Positions 20,505-30,781 are shown, counted from the stretch's first letter. The stretch: 63,415 nucleotides of DNA from Parvularculaceae bacterium (GCA_041737095.1 JBGSSK010000168.1:1-63415), one strand, 5' to 3'. Program-made: numbers and translations. The notes: generated by a model from the letters alone, not told the origin.

Positions 20505-21956
20505 ATGGCGGCATACGGCATCATCGGGTTCGGCGCCTATGTTCCGCGGAAGCGAATGTCCCGGGCGGCAATCTTCGATGCCGTCGGGTGGGCGCAGGGC
20601 TCGCTGAAATCCCTTGCGAAAGGCGGCAGAGCCTTTGCGGAATGGGACGAGGACGCGATCACCATGGGCCTCGAGGCGGCGCGTGATGCCTTGCGCGGGC
20701 GCGCGGCTGGTCCCGCCGCGCTGTGTTTCGCGTCGACAACCGCCCCTTTCCTTGATCGCCAGAACGCCGGCGTTATTCGCGCGGCGCTGGACTTGCCGAC
20801 GCAGACCCATTGTTTCGATTTCGCAGGATCGCAGCGCGCCGGGCTTTCGGCCGTGATCGCATCGTCTGGCGACAAGAACCGCGACATACTCGTCGTCGCG
20901 GCGGAAAAGCGCCCGGTGAAGTCAGCGAGCGCGCTGGAAATGCAGGCGGGCGACGCTGGCGCTGCAATATTGCTTGGCCGCGGCGCACCGATCGCCGAAG
21001 TCATCGCCGCCGGTTCGGTGAGCGCCGATCTCGTCGACCATTATCGCACGGCCTCTTCGCATACGGATTATACGCTCGAGGAACGCTGGTTCCGCGATGA
21101 GGGGCTTTCTTCCTTCGCCGCACTCTGCGCCAAGCCCATGCTGGCCGAGGCGGCGATGAGCCCCGAAGCAATCGATCATATTGTTGCGCCGACTATCAAT
21201 CCCGCACTCGCAAAAGTGGTCGCCGAGGCTGTCGGCGCCCGGACCGAGGCAATCGTCGATCCGCTTTTCCAGAATTGCGGGCATTCGGGCGCCGCACACC
21301 CGCTGCTAATGCTGTGCGCTGTGCTTGAGAAGGCGGAGCCAGGCGAAACCATCCTTGTGACGGCGTTTGGTCAAGGCTGCGACGCTGTGCTCCTGCGCAT
21401 AACCGCCGCGATCGCTGATGCGCGCCGGGAATCGTTGTCGAGGCAATTGGCTGAAGGCGTTGAGGAGACGAATTACGCCCGATTTCTTGCGGCAGGCGAC
21501 CGGATCGACATCGACTGGGGGATACGCGCCGAGCGTGACAATCGTACGGCGCAAACTGTCGCCTTCAACAAATCGCGGGACATCTATGGCTTCGTCGGCG
21601 GTTTCTGCGCCGCCTGTGATACGCCGCAATTCCCTAAGTCTCGTCGCTGCGTCAATCCGGATTGCGGCGCGCTCGATAAACAGGAGGATTATCGGTTTGC
21701 AGACCGCATTGGCCGCATCAAGTCCTTCACCGAGGACTGGATGGCGTTCACACGGTCGCCGCCGCTGGTCTACGGCAACATTTCATTTGAAGGCGGCGGC
21801 AACGCCTTCATGGAGATGTGCGATTTCGCGCCCGGAGACGCGACGATCGGCGCTGAAGTCGAAATGAGATTCCGCATCAAGGACATCGACACGCTGCGCG
21901 GCTATCATCGCTACTTCTGGAAGGCCGCGCCTGCCTCAGGAGGCCGCAATGGCTGA
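20505..21956 (+). CDS. HMG-CoA-synthase/FabH-like domain fused to DUF35 (Zn ribbon plus OB fold)
   Basis: FGAYVP, DEDAITM, GDAGAA; C-terminal CAAC..CVNPDC Zn site and GAEVEMRFR. Confidence 0.85.
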   Translation: MAAYGIIGFGAYVPRKRMSRAAIFDAVGWAQGSLKSLAKGGRAFAEWDEDAITMGLEAARDALRGRAAGPAALCFASTTAPFLDRQNAGVIRAALDLPTQTHCFDFAGSQRAGLSAVIASSGDKNRDILVVAAEKRPVKSASALEMQAGDAGAAILLGRGAPIAEVIAAGSVSADLVDHYRTASSHTDYTLEERWFRDEGLSSFAALCAKPMLAEAAMSPEAIDHIVAPTINPALAKVVAEAVGARTEAIVDPLFQNCGHSGAAHPLLMLCAVLEKAEPGETILVTAFGQGCDAVLLRITAAIADARRESLSRQLAEGVEETNYARFLAAGDRIDIDWGIRAERDNRTAQTVAFNKSRDIYGFVGGFCAACDTPQFPKSRRCVNPDCGALDKQEDYRFADRIGRIKSFTEDWMAFTRSPPLVYGNISFEGGGNAFMEMCDFAPGDATIGAEVEMRFRIKDIDTLRGYHRYFWKAAPASGGRNG

Positions 21957-23148
21957 GGGAATCCGCGACAAGGTAGCCATCATCGGCATGGGTTGCACGA
22001 AATTCGGCGAACGCTGGGATGCGAGCCCTGAAGATCTCGTCACCGAAGCATTCGAGGAAGCGATCGCCGACGCCGGCCTTGACCGGAACGATATCGAAGC
22101 GGGCTGGTTCGGCGTCTTTTATGATGAACAAAATGTCGGCAAGTCGGCCTATCCGCTGTCTCAGTATCTGCGACTGCCGAATATCCCCGTGACGCGGGTC
22201 GAGAATCTTTGTGCGACCGGAACCGAAGCGTTGCGCGGCGCCGTTTACGCGGTCGCCGCCGGCGCATGCGATATTGCGTTCGCGATGGGATGCGAGAAAC
22301 TGAAAGACACGGGATTTTCGGGCCTGCCGGAACGGACGAAAGGAACCTTCGAGGATCTTTACCAGCCGAATTTCACGCCGCCGGGCGCGTTCGCGCAGCT
22401 TGCGGCCGCGTACGCAGCCAAGCACCGCGTCAGCATGACGGATCTGAAGCGCGCGATGGCGCATGTCTCTTGGAAGAGCCACGAGAACGGCGCGCGCAAT
22501 CCAAAGGCTCATCTGCAAAAGCGGATTTCAATGGAGCAGGTCCTGAATGCTCCGATGGTCGCCTACCCGCTTGGCGTGCTTGATTGTTGCGGCGTCTCGG
22601 ACGGCGCGGCGTGTGCGATCGTCACGCGGCCGGAAATCGCCAGGACCCTTGGCCGCAATCGCCACGTCACGGTGAAGGCGATCCAGCTTGCGCCGTCGAA
22701 CGGCGTAGAGATGGGCCATCAATCCTGGGACGGCGCGCACACGCTGACTACGCGAAAAGCGGCCTTGCGGGCCTTTGCGGAGGCGGGCGTCAGCGATCCG
22801 AAGAACGAGATCAGCCTCACTGAAGTGCATGATTGTTTTTCGATCACCGAGCTCGTTCTGATGGAGGATCTCGGTCTGTCCGATGCAGGCAGCGGAATTT
22901 CGGATATTCTCGACGGGCGGTATGACGCGACGGGAGCGATCCCGTGTCAGATCGATGGCGGCCTCAAATGTTTCGGTCACCCGATCGGCGCATCCGGGTT
23001 ACGCATGACTTACGAAATTTATCTCCAGCTGCTTGGACGAGCCGGCGAGCGACAATTATCGGCCCCGCGCCTTGGTCTTGCCCACAATCTTGGAGGTATT
23101 CCGAACCGGAACGTCGCCGCCATTTCCATTTTTGGCGCCAGCGACTAG
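21949..23148 (+). CDS. SCP2-type thiolase (acetyl-CoA acetyltransferase family)
   Basis: VENLCATG, DCCGVSDGA, EVHDCF, GHPIGASG, HNLGG. Confidence 0.92.
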   Translation: MAEGIRDKVAIIGMGCTKFGERWDASPEDLVTEAFEEAIADAGLDRNDIEAGWFGVFYDEQNVGKSAYPLSQYLRLPNIPVTRVENLCATGTEALRGAVYAVAAGACDIAFAMGCEKLKDTGFSGLPERTKGTFEDLYQPNFTPPGAFAQLAAAYAAKHRVSMTDLKRAMAHVSWKSHENGARNPKAHLQKRISMEQVLNAPMVAYPLGVLDCCGVSDGAACAIVTRPEIARTLGRNRHVTVKAIQLAPSNGVEMGHQSWDGAHTLTTRKAALRAFAEAGVSDPKNEISLTEVHDCFSITELVLMEDLGLSDAGSGISDILDGRYDATGAIPCQIDGGLKCFGHPIGASGLRMTYEIYLQLLGRAGERQLSAPRLGLAHNLGGIPNRNVAAISIFGASD

Positions 23149-23163
23149 GAGAAAGCGACGATT

Positions 23164-24087
23164 ATGCCGATGGATGGCGCGACGAGAACGAAAAAGAAGA
23201 CCGCCGCGGGCCCCGACAAGGACGGCCTGACAACGCTGCACGATTATTCCGGCATGACGGCGGCCGAACTCGCCAGTGCGCCAACGGTGTACCGGAACGA
23301 TCTTCTCGATGGCCAGACCGTGATTATCTCCGGAGGCGGCAGCGGCATGGGCCGCGCGATGGCGTTCCTGTTTTCCCGTCTTGGCGCGCAAGTGGTCATC
23401 TGCGGCCGCCGCGAGGAAAAACTGGCGGAGGTAAAAAACGCAGTCAAAACGCTCCTGAACAAGGATATTTCGTATACGCCTTTGTCGATCCGGGACGGCG
23501 ATGGCGTTGAGAATTTCATCGCCGAGACCTTCGAAAAATTCGGCTCGCCAAGCGTCCTCGTCAACAGCGCTGGCGGCCAGTTCTCGCAGGACGCCATCGA
23601 CTTTTCCCGCAAAGGCTGGCTTGCCGTTGTCGACACCAACCTCAATGGCACGTGGTGGATGATGCAGGAGGCCGCCAAGCGATGGCGCGATGCCGGAAAA
23701 CCAGGCAACATCATCAATATAGTCGCTCATGTCGAACGGGGAATGCCGCAATCGGCGCACTCATGCGCCGCGCGCGCCGGAGTCATTTACCTGTCAAAGA
23801 CAGTGTCGACGGAGTGGGCGCCGCTGAATATTCGCGTCAACTGCATCGCGCCGGGCGCAATCGAGACGGAAGGCGTTGACCGGTATTCGGATGACGTCCT
23901 GAAAAACTTTCACCTCGCCAATCCGATGAAGCGTTTTGGCGATGTCTGGGACATTGCAGAAACCGCAGTCTATCTCGCCGCCCCGTCGTCGAAATTCGTA
24001 ACCGGGGAAGTGATCACTGTTGACGGCGGAATGGCGCAATATGGCTGGGTCTGGCCGGCCGGAAAGCCCGATTGGTTCAAGGAATAG
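23164..24087 (+). CDS. SDR (2,4-dienoyl-/trans-2-enoyl-CoA reductase-like)
   Basis: SGGGSGMG, NSAGGQF, HSCAARAG in place of YxxxK. Confidence 0.85.
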   Translation: MPMDGATRTKKKTAAGPDKDGLTTLHDYSGMTAAELASAPTVYRNDLLDGQTVIISGGGSGMGRAMAFLFSRLGAQVVICGRREEKLAEVKNAVKTLLNKDISYTPLSIRDGDGVENFIAETFEKFGSPSVLVNSAGGQFSQDAIDFSRKGWLAVVDTNLNGTWWMMQEAAKRWRDAGKPGNIINIVAHVERGMPQSAHSCAARAGVIYLSKTVSTEWAPLNIRVNCIAPGAIETEGVDRYSDDVLKNFHLANPMKRFGDVWDIAETAVYLAAPSSKFVTGEVITVDGGMAQYGWVWPAGKPDWFKE

Positions 24088-24096
24088 AATGAGGAG

Positions 24097-24669
24097 ATGA
24101 TTATGGCGGGCACACCCCTTTCAAGGATCGGGCGGCAGGCGCTCAGCGAGGAATTCAGACTCGCCTGGGATACGCTCGACCGGCTGACGGGCGAGCCGGC
24201 GTTTGTCGAGGCGTTCGCCAACGCGCCGGAATTGCTGCGCTTCGTCATGAGCGAATTCTACGGAAAGATCTTCTTCGGAGGTCGCGTCGACAATCGATAC
24301 AAGCAGCTCGCGCGTCTCTATTTGTCCACGACTCATGGCTGTAGGACCTGCAACAAACAGAATGTTCCGGGCAGCCTCGAAGCCGGCGTCACGCGTGAGC
24401 AGGTCGAAAGCATCATCGATTTCGAAAATGGCCCCTTCGACGCAGCGGACAAAGCGGTCCTCAGATACGCGGCGCAGATGACGCTGACTAATCTGGACGG
24501 CGTCATGGATAAAGATCTCTATCAAGACCTTCGCAACCATTTCGACGACGCTCAGATCTGCGAACTCGGTACGGTCATGGCGGTGATCGGTGGGATGGCG
24601 AAGCTCGCCTTCGTGCTCGATCTCGTCGAGAAGGAAAGCTATTGCGAGTTTGCGCGGCCTGCCGCTTAA
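24097..24669 (+). CDS. Carboxymuconolactone decarboxylase/AhpD family protein
   Basis: APELL, HGCRTC (CxxC), DLRNHF...ICEL. Confidence 0.78.
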   Translation: MIMAGTPLSRIGRQALSEEFRLAWDTLDRLTGEPAFVEAFANAPELLRFVMSEFYGKIFFGGRVDNRYKQLARLYLSTTHGCRTCNKQNVPGSLEAGVTREQVESIIDFENGPFDAADKAVLRYAAQMTLTNLDGVMDKDLYQDLRNHFDDAQICELGTVMAVIGGMAKLAFVLDLVEKESYCEFARPAA

Positions 24670-25220
24670 GGTTTTCGGTGGTAGTCGCGCCAGCTCGACA
24701 GGGCTTCCGGAAAGTCAGCGTCTTGCGGCGTTTCATAGGCACACATGCGTTTGGTGTTCGCCAGATAGTTTAAATAGTCGGCAGTGTTCAGATAATAGAA
24801 AAATGACAGGAGTCGGTCGTTAAATTTCCACCGCCCCGCTTCGCGAACATACTCGTCTTCATATCGGAGCGATGCGATCATGGGTCGGTTGTTGCGAATC
24901 AACTCGGCATGAGAGGAAAGCAGACCGAACGCTGCATTTTCATCACCCGCCTCGAACCAGACGACATGATCATGGCTGTAATGCGCGCCGGGCCCGAGCG
25001 CGGCGAACCGGCCTTCGAATTGCGCCATGATGGCCTCACGCCCGACAGCATTCATGACGCCGTCTCTTGAACGGAAGCGAGCGCCCGCCGCGAACAGCTT
25101 TTCAATTTCCGGCAGGTCACGATTGTCGACCGCGAAAGTATAACGAGCTGCAAGGGTCCGGATCTCTTCGCGATCTTCAAGCCGCCGGAGGCGTTTTTCC
25201 AGGTTGTCGGTCATCTGCAT
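24666..25220 (-). CDS. NTF2/SnoaL-like protein 1
   Basis: LEDREEIRTL..Y..AVD, RYEDEYVR..GRWKF. Confidence 0.82.
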   Translation of the reverse strand: MQMTDNLEKRLRRLEDREEIRTLAARYTFAVDNRDLPEIEKLFAAGARFRSRDGVMNAVGREAIMAQFEGRFAALGPGAHYSHDHVVWFEAGDENAAFGLLSSHAELIRNNRPMIASLRYEDEYVREAGRWKFNDRLLSFFYYLNTADYLNYLANTKRMCAYETPQDADFPEALSSWRDYHRKP

Positions 25221-25226
25221 TCATAT

Positions 25227-25988
25227 TCAAAATTTGACGATGGCGCCGCCGTCGACATTCAGGCCGACGCCCGAAACAAACTGCGCGCCGTCGCTGGCGA
25301 GGAAAAGCGCCGCCGCCGCAACGTCCTGCGGCTGGCCGAGGCGGCCGATCGGCGCCTTGTCCTCCCAGAAATTCCGGAACGCTGCGTCCTCGAAAAAAGG
25401 GGCAGATAACGCCGTGACGATGGCGCCTGGCTGCAGGTAATTCGCAGTGATGCCGTAGACGCCAAGATCGACCGCCATTGATTTTGTCATGCCGGCGACG
25501 GCGTGTTTCGATGTGCCGTATACGAAGAGGTTTGGGCCGGCGACGTCCGACATGATCGACCCGAGATTGATGATGCGCCCACGACCGCTTTCCTTGAGGC
25601 TCGGTATCGCCTCCCGCGTGAGCCGGAAAACCGCCTCCACATTGAGGCTCATAACACGGCGCCACAACTCGTCGCTTGTCGTTTCTATGGTGCTAGGCGC
25701 GGCGACGCCGGCATTGTTGACGAGGATATCGATCCCGCCAAAGGCCTCGATTGCCGCGTCGACAATGCATTTCGGCGCGTCTTCCGCGGTCACATCCATT
25801 TCAATGACGCGTGCGCGGCCGGACGCCGCAATCTTCTCGAAAGTTTCTAGCCCTCTCGCCTTCGGAAGATCGACGATGAGAGTCTTTGCGCCCGCCTCAA
25901 TAAAGGCGCTGGCGATCGCGGCGCCGATGCCGCTGGCGGCGCCGGTGACTATGGCCTTCTTTCCGTTCAGCAAGAAAGCTTCAGGCAT
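25227..25988 (-). CDS. SDR oxidoreductase
   Basis: TGAASGIG, NNAG, YGTSK, VDGG. Confidence 0.92.
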   Translation of the reverse strand: MPEAFLLNGKKAIVTGAASGIGAAIASAFIEAGAKTLIVDLPKARGLETFEKIAASGRARVIEMDVTAEDAPKCIVDAAIEAFGGIDILVNNAGVAAPSTIETTSDELWRRVMSLNVEAVFRLTREAIPSLKESGRGRIINLGSIMSDVAGPNLFVYGTSKHAVAGMTKSMAVDLGVYGITANYLQPGAIVTALSAPFFEDAAFRNFWEDKAPIGRLGQPQDVAAAALFLASDGAQFVSGVGLNVDGGAIVKF

Positions 25989-26018
25989 TGAACGCTCCTA
26001 CTCCAATTGCGGAACCCT

Positions 26019-26054
26019 AAAAAAAGAAGGCCGGCAGGGAGGGGCCGGCCTTCT
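26019..26054 (-). terminator. Rho-independent terminator after TonB receptor 2
   Basis: AGAAGGCCGGC..GCCGGCCTTCT stem with an A7 run on + (U run on -). Confidence 0.75.
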
Positions 26055-26091
26055 CTCTCGTCGCCCTCGCGCCTTTCGGCGCGCATCTGCC

Positions 26092-28533
26092 CTAATATTT
26101 CAGGCCGAGTTCGACGCCGAACGCGCGCGGTTCGCCATATTGGCTGAAGGTCCAGAGATTGGCGACCGGCTGCGACGACACACGGTAGCGTTCGTCGGTG
26201 AGGTTGCGGCCAAAGACGCGCAATGACCAGCGATCGTCGACCTCCGCGAGTTCGATCGTGGCGCTAACGAGCGTGCGCGCATTGAGGTTCGTGTCGAATT
26301 CCTCGCCGATATCGGAGTAATTGAACACCTGCTCATCTTCATGAGCCGCCGTGGCCCCCAGTCTCAACATCTTGTTGTCGCCGAGCGGCGTTTCGTAGCG
26401 ACCGAACACTGTCCAGGTCTTGTCCGGCGTCCGCGTCAGCGGGCGGCCCGAGAAATCGACATCGATAATTCCGTCGAAATCAGTATCGGCTTCAAAGCGT
26501 TTGAATTCGCCATCTTGCCAGGAAAAGTTTCCACCGATGATCATCCCTTCGATCGGCGTATTCCACTGGGCTTCGACTTCGACGCCGAAGATTTCGACCT
26601 CGGCCGCATTGAAGAAGCGTGTTTCCTGGAACTGAACGTTCTGGCTGTTTGTAAGCGTCGCGGCGATCTGGCGTTGCGCATCCTTGTACTTTGCGTAGAA
26701 CGCGGTCGGGTTCAAACGGAAGGCGCCGCCGAACAAATCAAGGCGAAGTCCGGCTTCAAAAGACGTCACGGTTTCTGGACGCGTGGCGGCGATGCCGGCT
26801 GCCGTCAGCTCGTTGCCGGTCGTGCCGGACTGGTCATTGAAAGCGCCGGAACGGAAACTGCTAGACGCACTGGCATAGCCGAAAACGTCTTCGGAAAACT
26901 CATATGAAACGACGCCGCGCCAGCTCGGCTCGCTGAAGCTCGCCGAACTTGCGAGAACGCCGGTCGAGAAGCGGTCGAAGTCCGCCGCACCTAGCGGTCC
27001 GAGCGTTGCGAAGCTCAAGTTCGGATCGAATCCGCCGCCGAGCACTTGATAGAACACCTGGTTGCGGCCGATCCAGTCCTTGTCCTCCCATGTGTAGCGA
27101 ACACCGCCGGCGATCGTCAGCCGGTCGCTAAGGTCAAGGGTTGCGTCGCCGTAAATCGCATAGGCGGTGGCGTCCTGTGCGTTGCAGAGGACCTGCGGAT
27201 TGTCGTTGAAGCCGCCGGCGAACGGCGCGCCGAGCGTCAAACCGAACAGGTCGAGGAACCCGAGCGTCTGAGTCACGCAGAAGGTCGTGTCGTTCGTCTG
27301 GTAGAAACCGCCGGCGACAACATCGAACGAATCCGTCAGATCGATGTTGAGTCGGACTTCCTGCTGGAAAGTTTCACGCTCATCGGCGCGGTTGGCGTCG
27401 AATTGCGAGATCGGACCGACTTCCCCGACATAGTTGTTGAAGAGTTCCGAGTCCTGGTTGCGCAGGCCGGTAATCGACCGAACCGTGACCTTGTCGCTAA
27501 GCTCCCAGTCGATGTTGAGGTAATAGCCGTTGACGTCGACCTGATGGTTATTGCCGATATTGGAGCCGATTGCGCTTCGGTCGGTGACGCCCGCATTGTC
27601 GAGCGGATCGCCGAGATCCTGCTGGAAACCGAGCAGGTTGAAAACGAAGTTCGGATTGCCGATCGGCGTTTCGTTGACGGCCGGGACGGTATCTGAATCG
27701 TCTCTCACGAGTTCATATTGCAGAACCGCCTTGAAAGCGTCATTCGGCTGCCAAAGCAGCTTGGCGCGAAGATTAATGACGTCTTCGCCGCCGAGCCGCC
27801 GCCCATCTCCTTCGCCGGTCAAGCCGTCGAGCGCCGTGGGCGCAAAGCCGCTGATCGGGCCGTAGGCGGCGCCGTTTCGATAATACCCATCCGAGTGCTG
27901 GTACTGGCCGGCGAACCGGAAAGCGAACTGGTCGCCAAGCGGCAGGTTGAGCGCGAGGCGGCTTTCAATCCGGCCGAACGAACCGCCCTGGAACCGCCCT
28001 TCGGCGCCAACTTCTCCGAGGATCGGCTGTTTGGTGCGGACGTTGACGACGCCCGCCGTCGTGTTCTTGCCGAACAGCGTGCCCTGCGGTCCGCGCAGGA
28101 CTTCGACCTGTTCAATATCGAAGAGGTCAAGCAGCTGCGTCTGCACATGCGGGACAACGAAATCGTCGAGCGTCACGCCGACCTGCGGTTCCGAATAGAC
28201 GATGATGTCGGTCTGCGCAGCGCCGCGAATCGCAAATGACGCCGCGTTGAAGCCGGTGACTTTCGACGCCGAAAAATTCGGGACCAGCTGCGCGAGGTCG
28301 CCGAGATCGCGCGGCACGATCGATTCGACGAGGTCTTCATTGAGCGCAGTGACGGCGACCGCCGTTTGCTGGAGGTCGGTATCGCGGCGGGTCGCCTGGA
28401 CGATGATTTGATCGCCCTGCGCCAGCGCTGCATCGGCGGCGACCACGGCGACGCCCGCCGCGGCGCAAACCGCCTTGATCGCCAGGCGAGATGCGGTGTT
28501 CCGTATTGAATGCTTAGAAATCCGAGCGAACAT
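26092..28533 (-). CDS. TonB-dependent receptor 2
   Basis: Start MFARISK at 28533 after a GGGAG RBS; QIIVQATRR, EQVEVLRGPQGTLFGKN, C-terminal ELGLKY. Confidence 0.95.
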   Translation of the reverse strand: MFARISKHSIRNTASRLAIKAVCAAAGVAVVAADAALAQGDQIIVQATRRDTDLQQTAVAVTALNEDLVESIVPRDLGDLAQLVPNFSASKVTGFNAASFAIRGAAQTDIIVYSEPQVGVTLDDFVVPHVQTQLLDLFDIEQVEVLRGPQGTLFGKNTTAGVVNVRTKQPILGEVGAEGRFQGGSFGRIESRLALNLPLGDQFAFRFAGQYQHSDGYYRNGAAYGPISGFAPTALDGLTGEGDGRRLGGEDVINLRAKLLWQPNDAFKAVLQYELVRDDSDTVPAVNETPIGNPNFVFNLLGFQQDLGDPLDNAGVTDRSAIGSNIGNNHQVDVNGYYLNIDWELSDKVTVRSITGLRNQDSELFNNYVGEVGPISQFDANRADERETFQQEVRLNIDLTDSFDVVAGGFYQTNDTTFCVTQTLGFLDLFGLTLGAPFAGGFNDNPQVLCNAQDATAYAIYGDATLDLSDRLTIAGGVRYTWEDKDWIGRNQVFYQVLGGGFDPNLSFATLGPLGAADFDRFSTGVLASSASFSEPSWRGVVSYEFSEDVFGYASASSSFRSGAFNDQSGTTGNELTAAGIAATRPETVTSFEAGLRLDLFGGAFRLNPTAFYAKYKDAQRQIAATLTNSQNVQFQETRFFNAAEVEIFGVEVEAQWNTPIEGMIIGGNFSWQDGEFKRFEADTDFDGIIDVDFSGRPLTRTPDKTWTVFGRYETPLGDNKMLRLGATAAHEDEQVFNYSDIGEEFDTNLNARTLVSATIELAEVDDRWSLRVFGRNLTDERYRVSSQPVANLWTFSQYGEPRAFGVELGLKY

Positions 28534-28626
28534 TGCGCTCCCCTTTTCTGACTGATTGCCTCCCGGCGCCGTGAACCCGGCGTGCGACCGCTTCAGCCTG
28601 CGAATCGCTGCGCTCGAATCCAAAAC

Positions 28627-28648
28627 ACAAACAATTATGATTGTTTTT
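28627..28648. promoter_or_regulatory. Putative TetR operator 4
   Basis: ACAAACAATTATGATTGTTTTT (2 mismatches). Confidence 0.8.
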
Positions 28649-28729
28649 TTTCTTGCGCGCAAGCAAGCTCTTATGTCGTTGAATGCTGGCTTCCATCCGC
28701 TATTGTCCAAAAGCCACATTCCAGCGGTC

Positions 28730-28746
28730 TTTGTTGCATTGCACAA
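28730..28746. promoter_or_regulatory. PhaR-like motif copy 2
   Basis: TTTGTTGCATTGCACAA, the reverse complement of TTGTGC-AAT-GCAACAAA; abuts operator 5. Confidence 0.6.
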
Positions 28747-28770
28747 AAACAAAACGACATGATTGTTTTT
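28745..28770. promoter_or_regulatory. Putative TetR operator 5 (4-bp spacer form)
   Basis: AAAAACAAAAC-GACA-TGATTGTTTTT. Confidence 0.7.
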
Positions 28771-28833
28771 TTTGATGCAGTTGAACGCTGATGATGATAA
28801 GGCGGGCAATGCGCTGCCAGGAGAGCTCCGGCC

Positions 28834-29124
28834 ATGGCTTACACGTTCCTAGCGAGGATGAAGATCCATCCCCACAAGGAAGCCCAATTCATAGAGGCCT
28901 GTGAAAAAATGGAGCGGGCGGTCTCCGAGCACGAGCCCGACGCGCTTGTCTACAAATTCTATCGCTTGCGCGAGCCGAACAGCTTCGCCGTCATCGAAAG
29001 TTTCAAGTCCGAAGCTGGCGACGCCGCCCATCAGGCGACCGCGCATTTCAAGGAAATCGCGCCGGCGATGATCGAGTGCATCGACGGCGGATGGACGCGA
29101 GAATTCCTGGATCCCTTGAAATAG
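28834..29124 (+). CDS. Antibiotic biosynthesis monooxygenase (ABM) family protein 1
   Basis: 96 aa; HEPDALVYKF, VIESF, AHQATAHF. Confidence 0.8.
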   Translation: MAYTFLARMKIHPHKEAQFIEACEKMERAVSEHEPDALVYKFYRLREPNSFAVIESFKSEAGDAAHQATAHFKEIAPAMIECIDGGWTREFLDPLK

Positions 29125-29134
29125 GACCAATTTC

Positions 29135-30781
29135 GTGTCGAGAAACCCCGACGACGTTCTGACGCTGAGCGAGCTCCTGATCGAGGCCGCGGCGGCGCGA
29201 CCCGACGCGGACGCAATCGTTTTTCCAGACAGCCGGCAATCCTACGCCTCCCTCCTCGCAAATGCTCGAAAATGGGCCAAAGGCTTCATCGCCCTTGGCG
29301 TCCAGCCGAAGGATCATGTCGGCTTGCTGATGACGACCCAGCCGGAATTTGTCGAGGCGCTCTTCGGCGCCGCACTCGTCGGCGCCGCCGCGGTTCCGAT
29401 CAATGCGCGTTATTCGCCGCCGGAACTCGCCTATCTTATCGAGAATGGGGATATCGTGACGTTGGTGACTACGGCAAAGGTCGCCGAAGCCGTTGATTTC
29501 CTCGGGCGTCTTGAAGACGCCTTTCCGACGATTAGCGAACAGCGGGACGCCCGAACCTTGTCAGTCGACAACGCGCCGAAGCTCCGAAACATCCTTGTCA
29601 CGGGCGCCGTTGATCGCGCCGGATTCATTCCATCGGAAGACCTCGATGACCTCGCAAGTCTTGTTGACGATCTCGCGCTCAACCAGAGAATCGCCTCGAT
29701 ATCGCCGGACGATCTCGGTCTCATTCTGTATACGTCTGGCACGACGTCGAATCCGAAGGGATGCATGATTCCTCATCGTGCGATCGTCTCGAACAGTCGT
29801 GCGCTGGGGCGCTACCGGTATGAGTTGACGGAGGACGATCGGTTCTGGTCGCCGCTGCCGATATTTCATATCGCCGGCATTCTGCCGATGGTCGCGGTAT
29901 TCGACGTGCACGGCGCATATCTGACTATCCCGCATTTCGAAGCGGGGCTGGCGCTCTCGATGCTGGAGAAAGAGCGCGCTACGGCGACCTACCCGTCCTT
30001 CGTGACGATCATGCAGGACCTGATCAACCACCCGAATTTCTCAAGGACCGACCTGTCGCGGGTCCGGTTGATGAATTCAAACCTCGGCGTGCAGCCCGCC
30101 GCGATCAAGAATGCGATCGTCAAGGCGATGCCGCATACGAAGCAGGTCGGCACTTACGGCCTCACCGAGGCTTCCGGCACAGTCTGCACCAGCCGCCTCT
30201 CGGACGATGAAGAAACGCGGACAAGCCGTCTCGGCGTCCCGCTGCGGGGCTGGGAGCTGAAAATCATCGACATCGAAACCGGTCGGCAGTGCGGCATCGA
30301 CGAACGAGGAGATATCTGCATTCGCGGGCCGGGCATGCTGGTCGGCTACTACAAGGATCCGGCCAAGACGGCGGAGGCGATCGACCAGGACGGCTGGCTG
30401 CACACCGGCGATATCGGTTCGCTCGACGCCAATGGCCAGATCATGTTCCACGGCCGGACGAAAGACATGCTGAAAGTCGGCGGCGAGAACGTTGCGGCTG
30501 CGGAGATCGAGGCGATTCTCAACACGCACCCGAGCGTTGAACTTGCGCAAGTCGTCGGCGCGCCCGACGCGCGTTATGAGGAAGTCCCCGCCGCGTTCGT
30601 CAAATTGAAAGCCGGCGCGGAGGCGATCGGGCAGCAGACGCTGATCGACTTTTGCACCGGCAAGCTCGCGCGCTTCAAGATCCCGCGTTACGTGCGCTTT
30701 GTCGACGACTGGCCGATGTCGACGAGCAAGATCCAGAAATACAAGCTGAAGGCGAGAATCGCCGGCGAACTGAACCCGTAA
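29135..30781 (+). CDS. AMP-dependent acyl-CoA synthetase
   Basis: YTSGTTSNPKG, YGLTE, GWLHTGD, GGENV, KIQK. Confidence 0.94.
   Translation: MSRNPDDVLTLSELLIEAAAARPDADAIVFPDSRQSYASLLANARKWAKGFIALGVQPKDHVGLLMTTQPEFVEALFGAALVGAAAVPINARYSPPELAYLIENGDIVTLVTTAKVAEAVDFLGRLEDAFPTISEQRDARTLSVDNAPKLRNILVTGAVDRAGFIPSEDLDDLASLVDDLALNQRIASISPDDLGLILYTSGTTSNPKGCMIPHRAIVSNSRALGRYRYELTEDDRFWSPLPIFHIAGILPMVAVFDVHGAYLTIPHFEAGLALSMLEKERATATYPSFVTIMQDLINHPNFSRTDLSRVRLMNSNLGVQPAAIKNAIVKAMPHTKQVGTYGLTEASGTVCTSRLSDDEETRTSRLGVPLRGWELKIIDIETGRQCGIDERGDICIRGPGMLVGYYKDPAKTAEAIDQDGWLHTGDIGSLDANGQIMFHGRTKDMLKVGGENVAAAEIEAILNTHPSVELAQVVGAPDARYEEVPAAFVKLKAGAEAIGQQTLIDFCTGKLARFKIPRYVRFVDDWPMSTSKIQKYKLKARIAGELNP

Noticed and set aside
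28534-28809. N-terminal extension of TonB receptor 2, and similar extensions at 41636, 18661, 30652, 33201 and 55842
   Set aside because: They run through operator-containing intergenic DNA or neighbouring genes; better starts lie downstream
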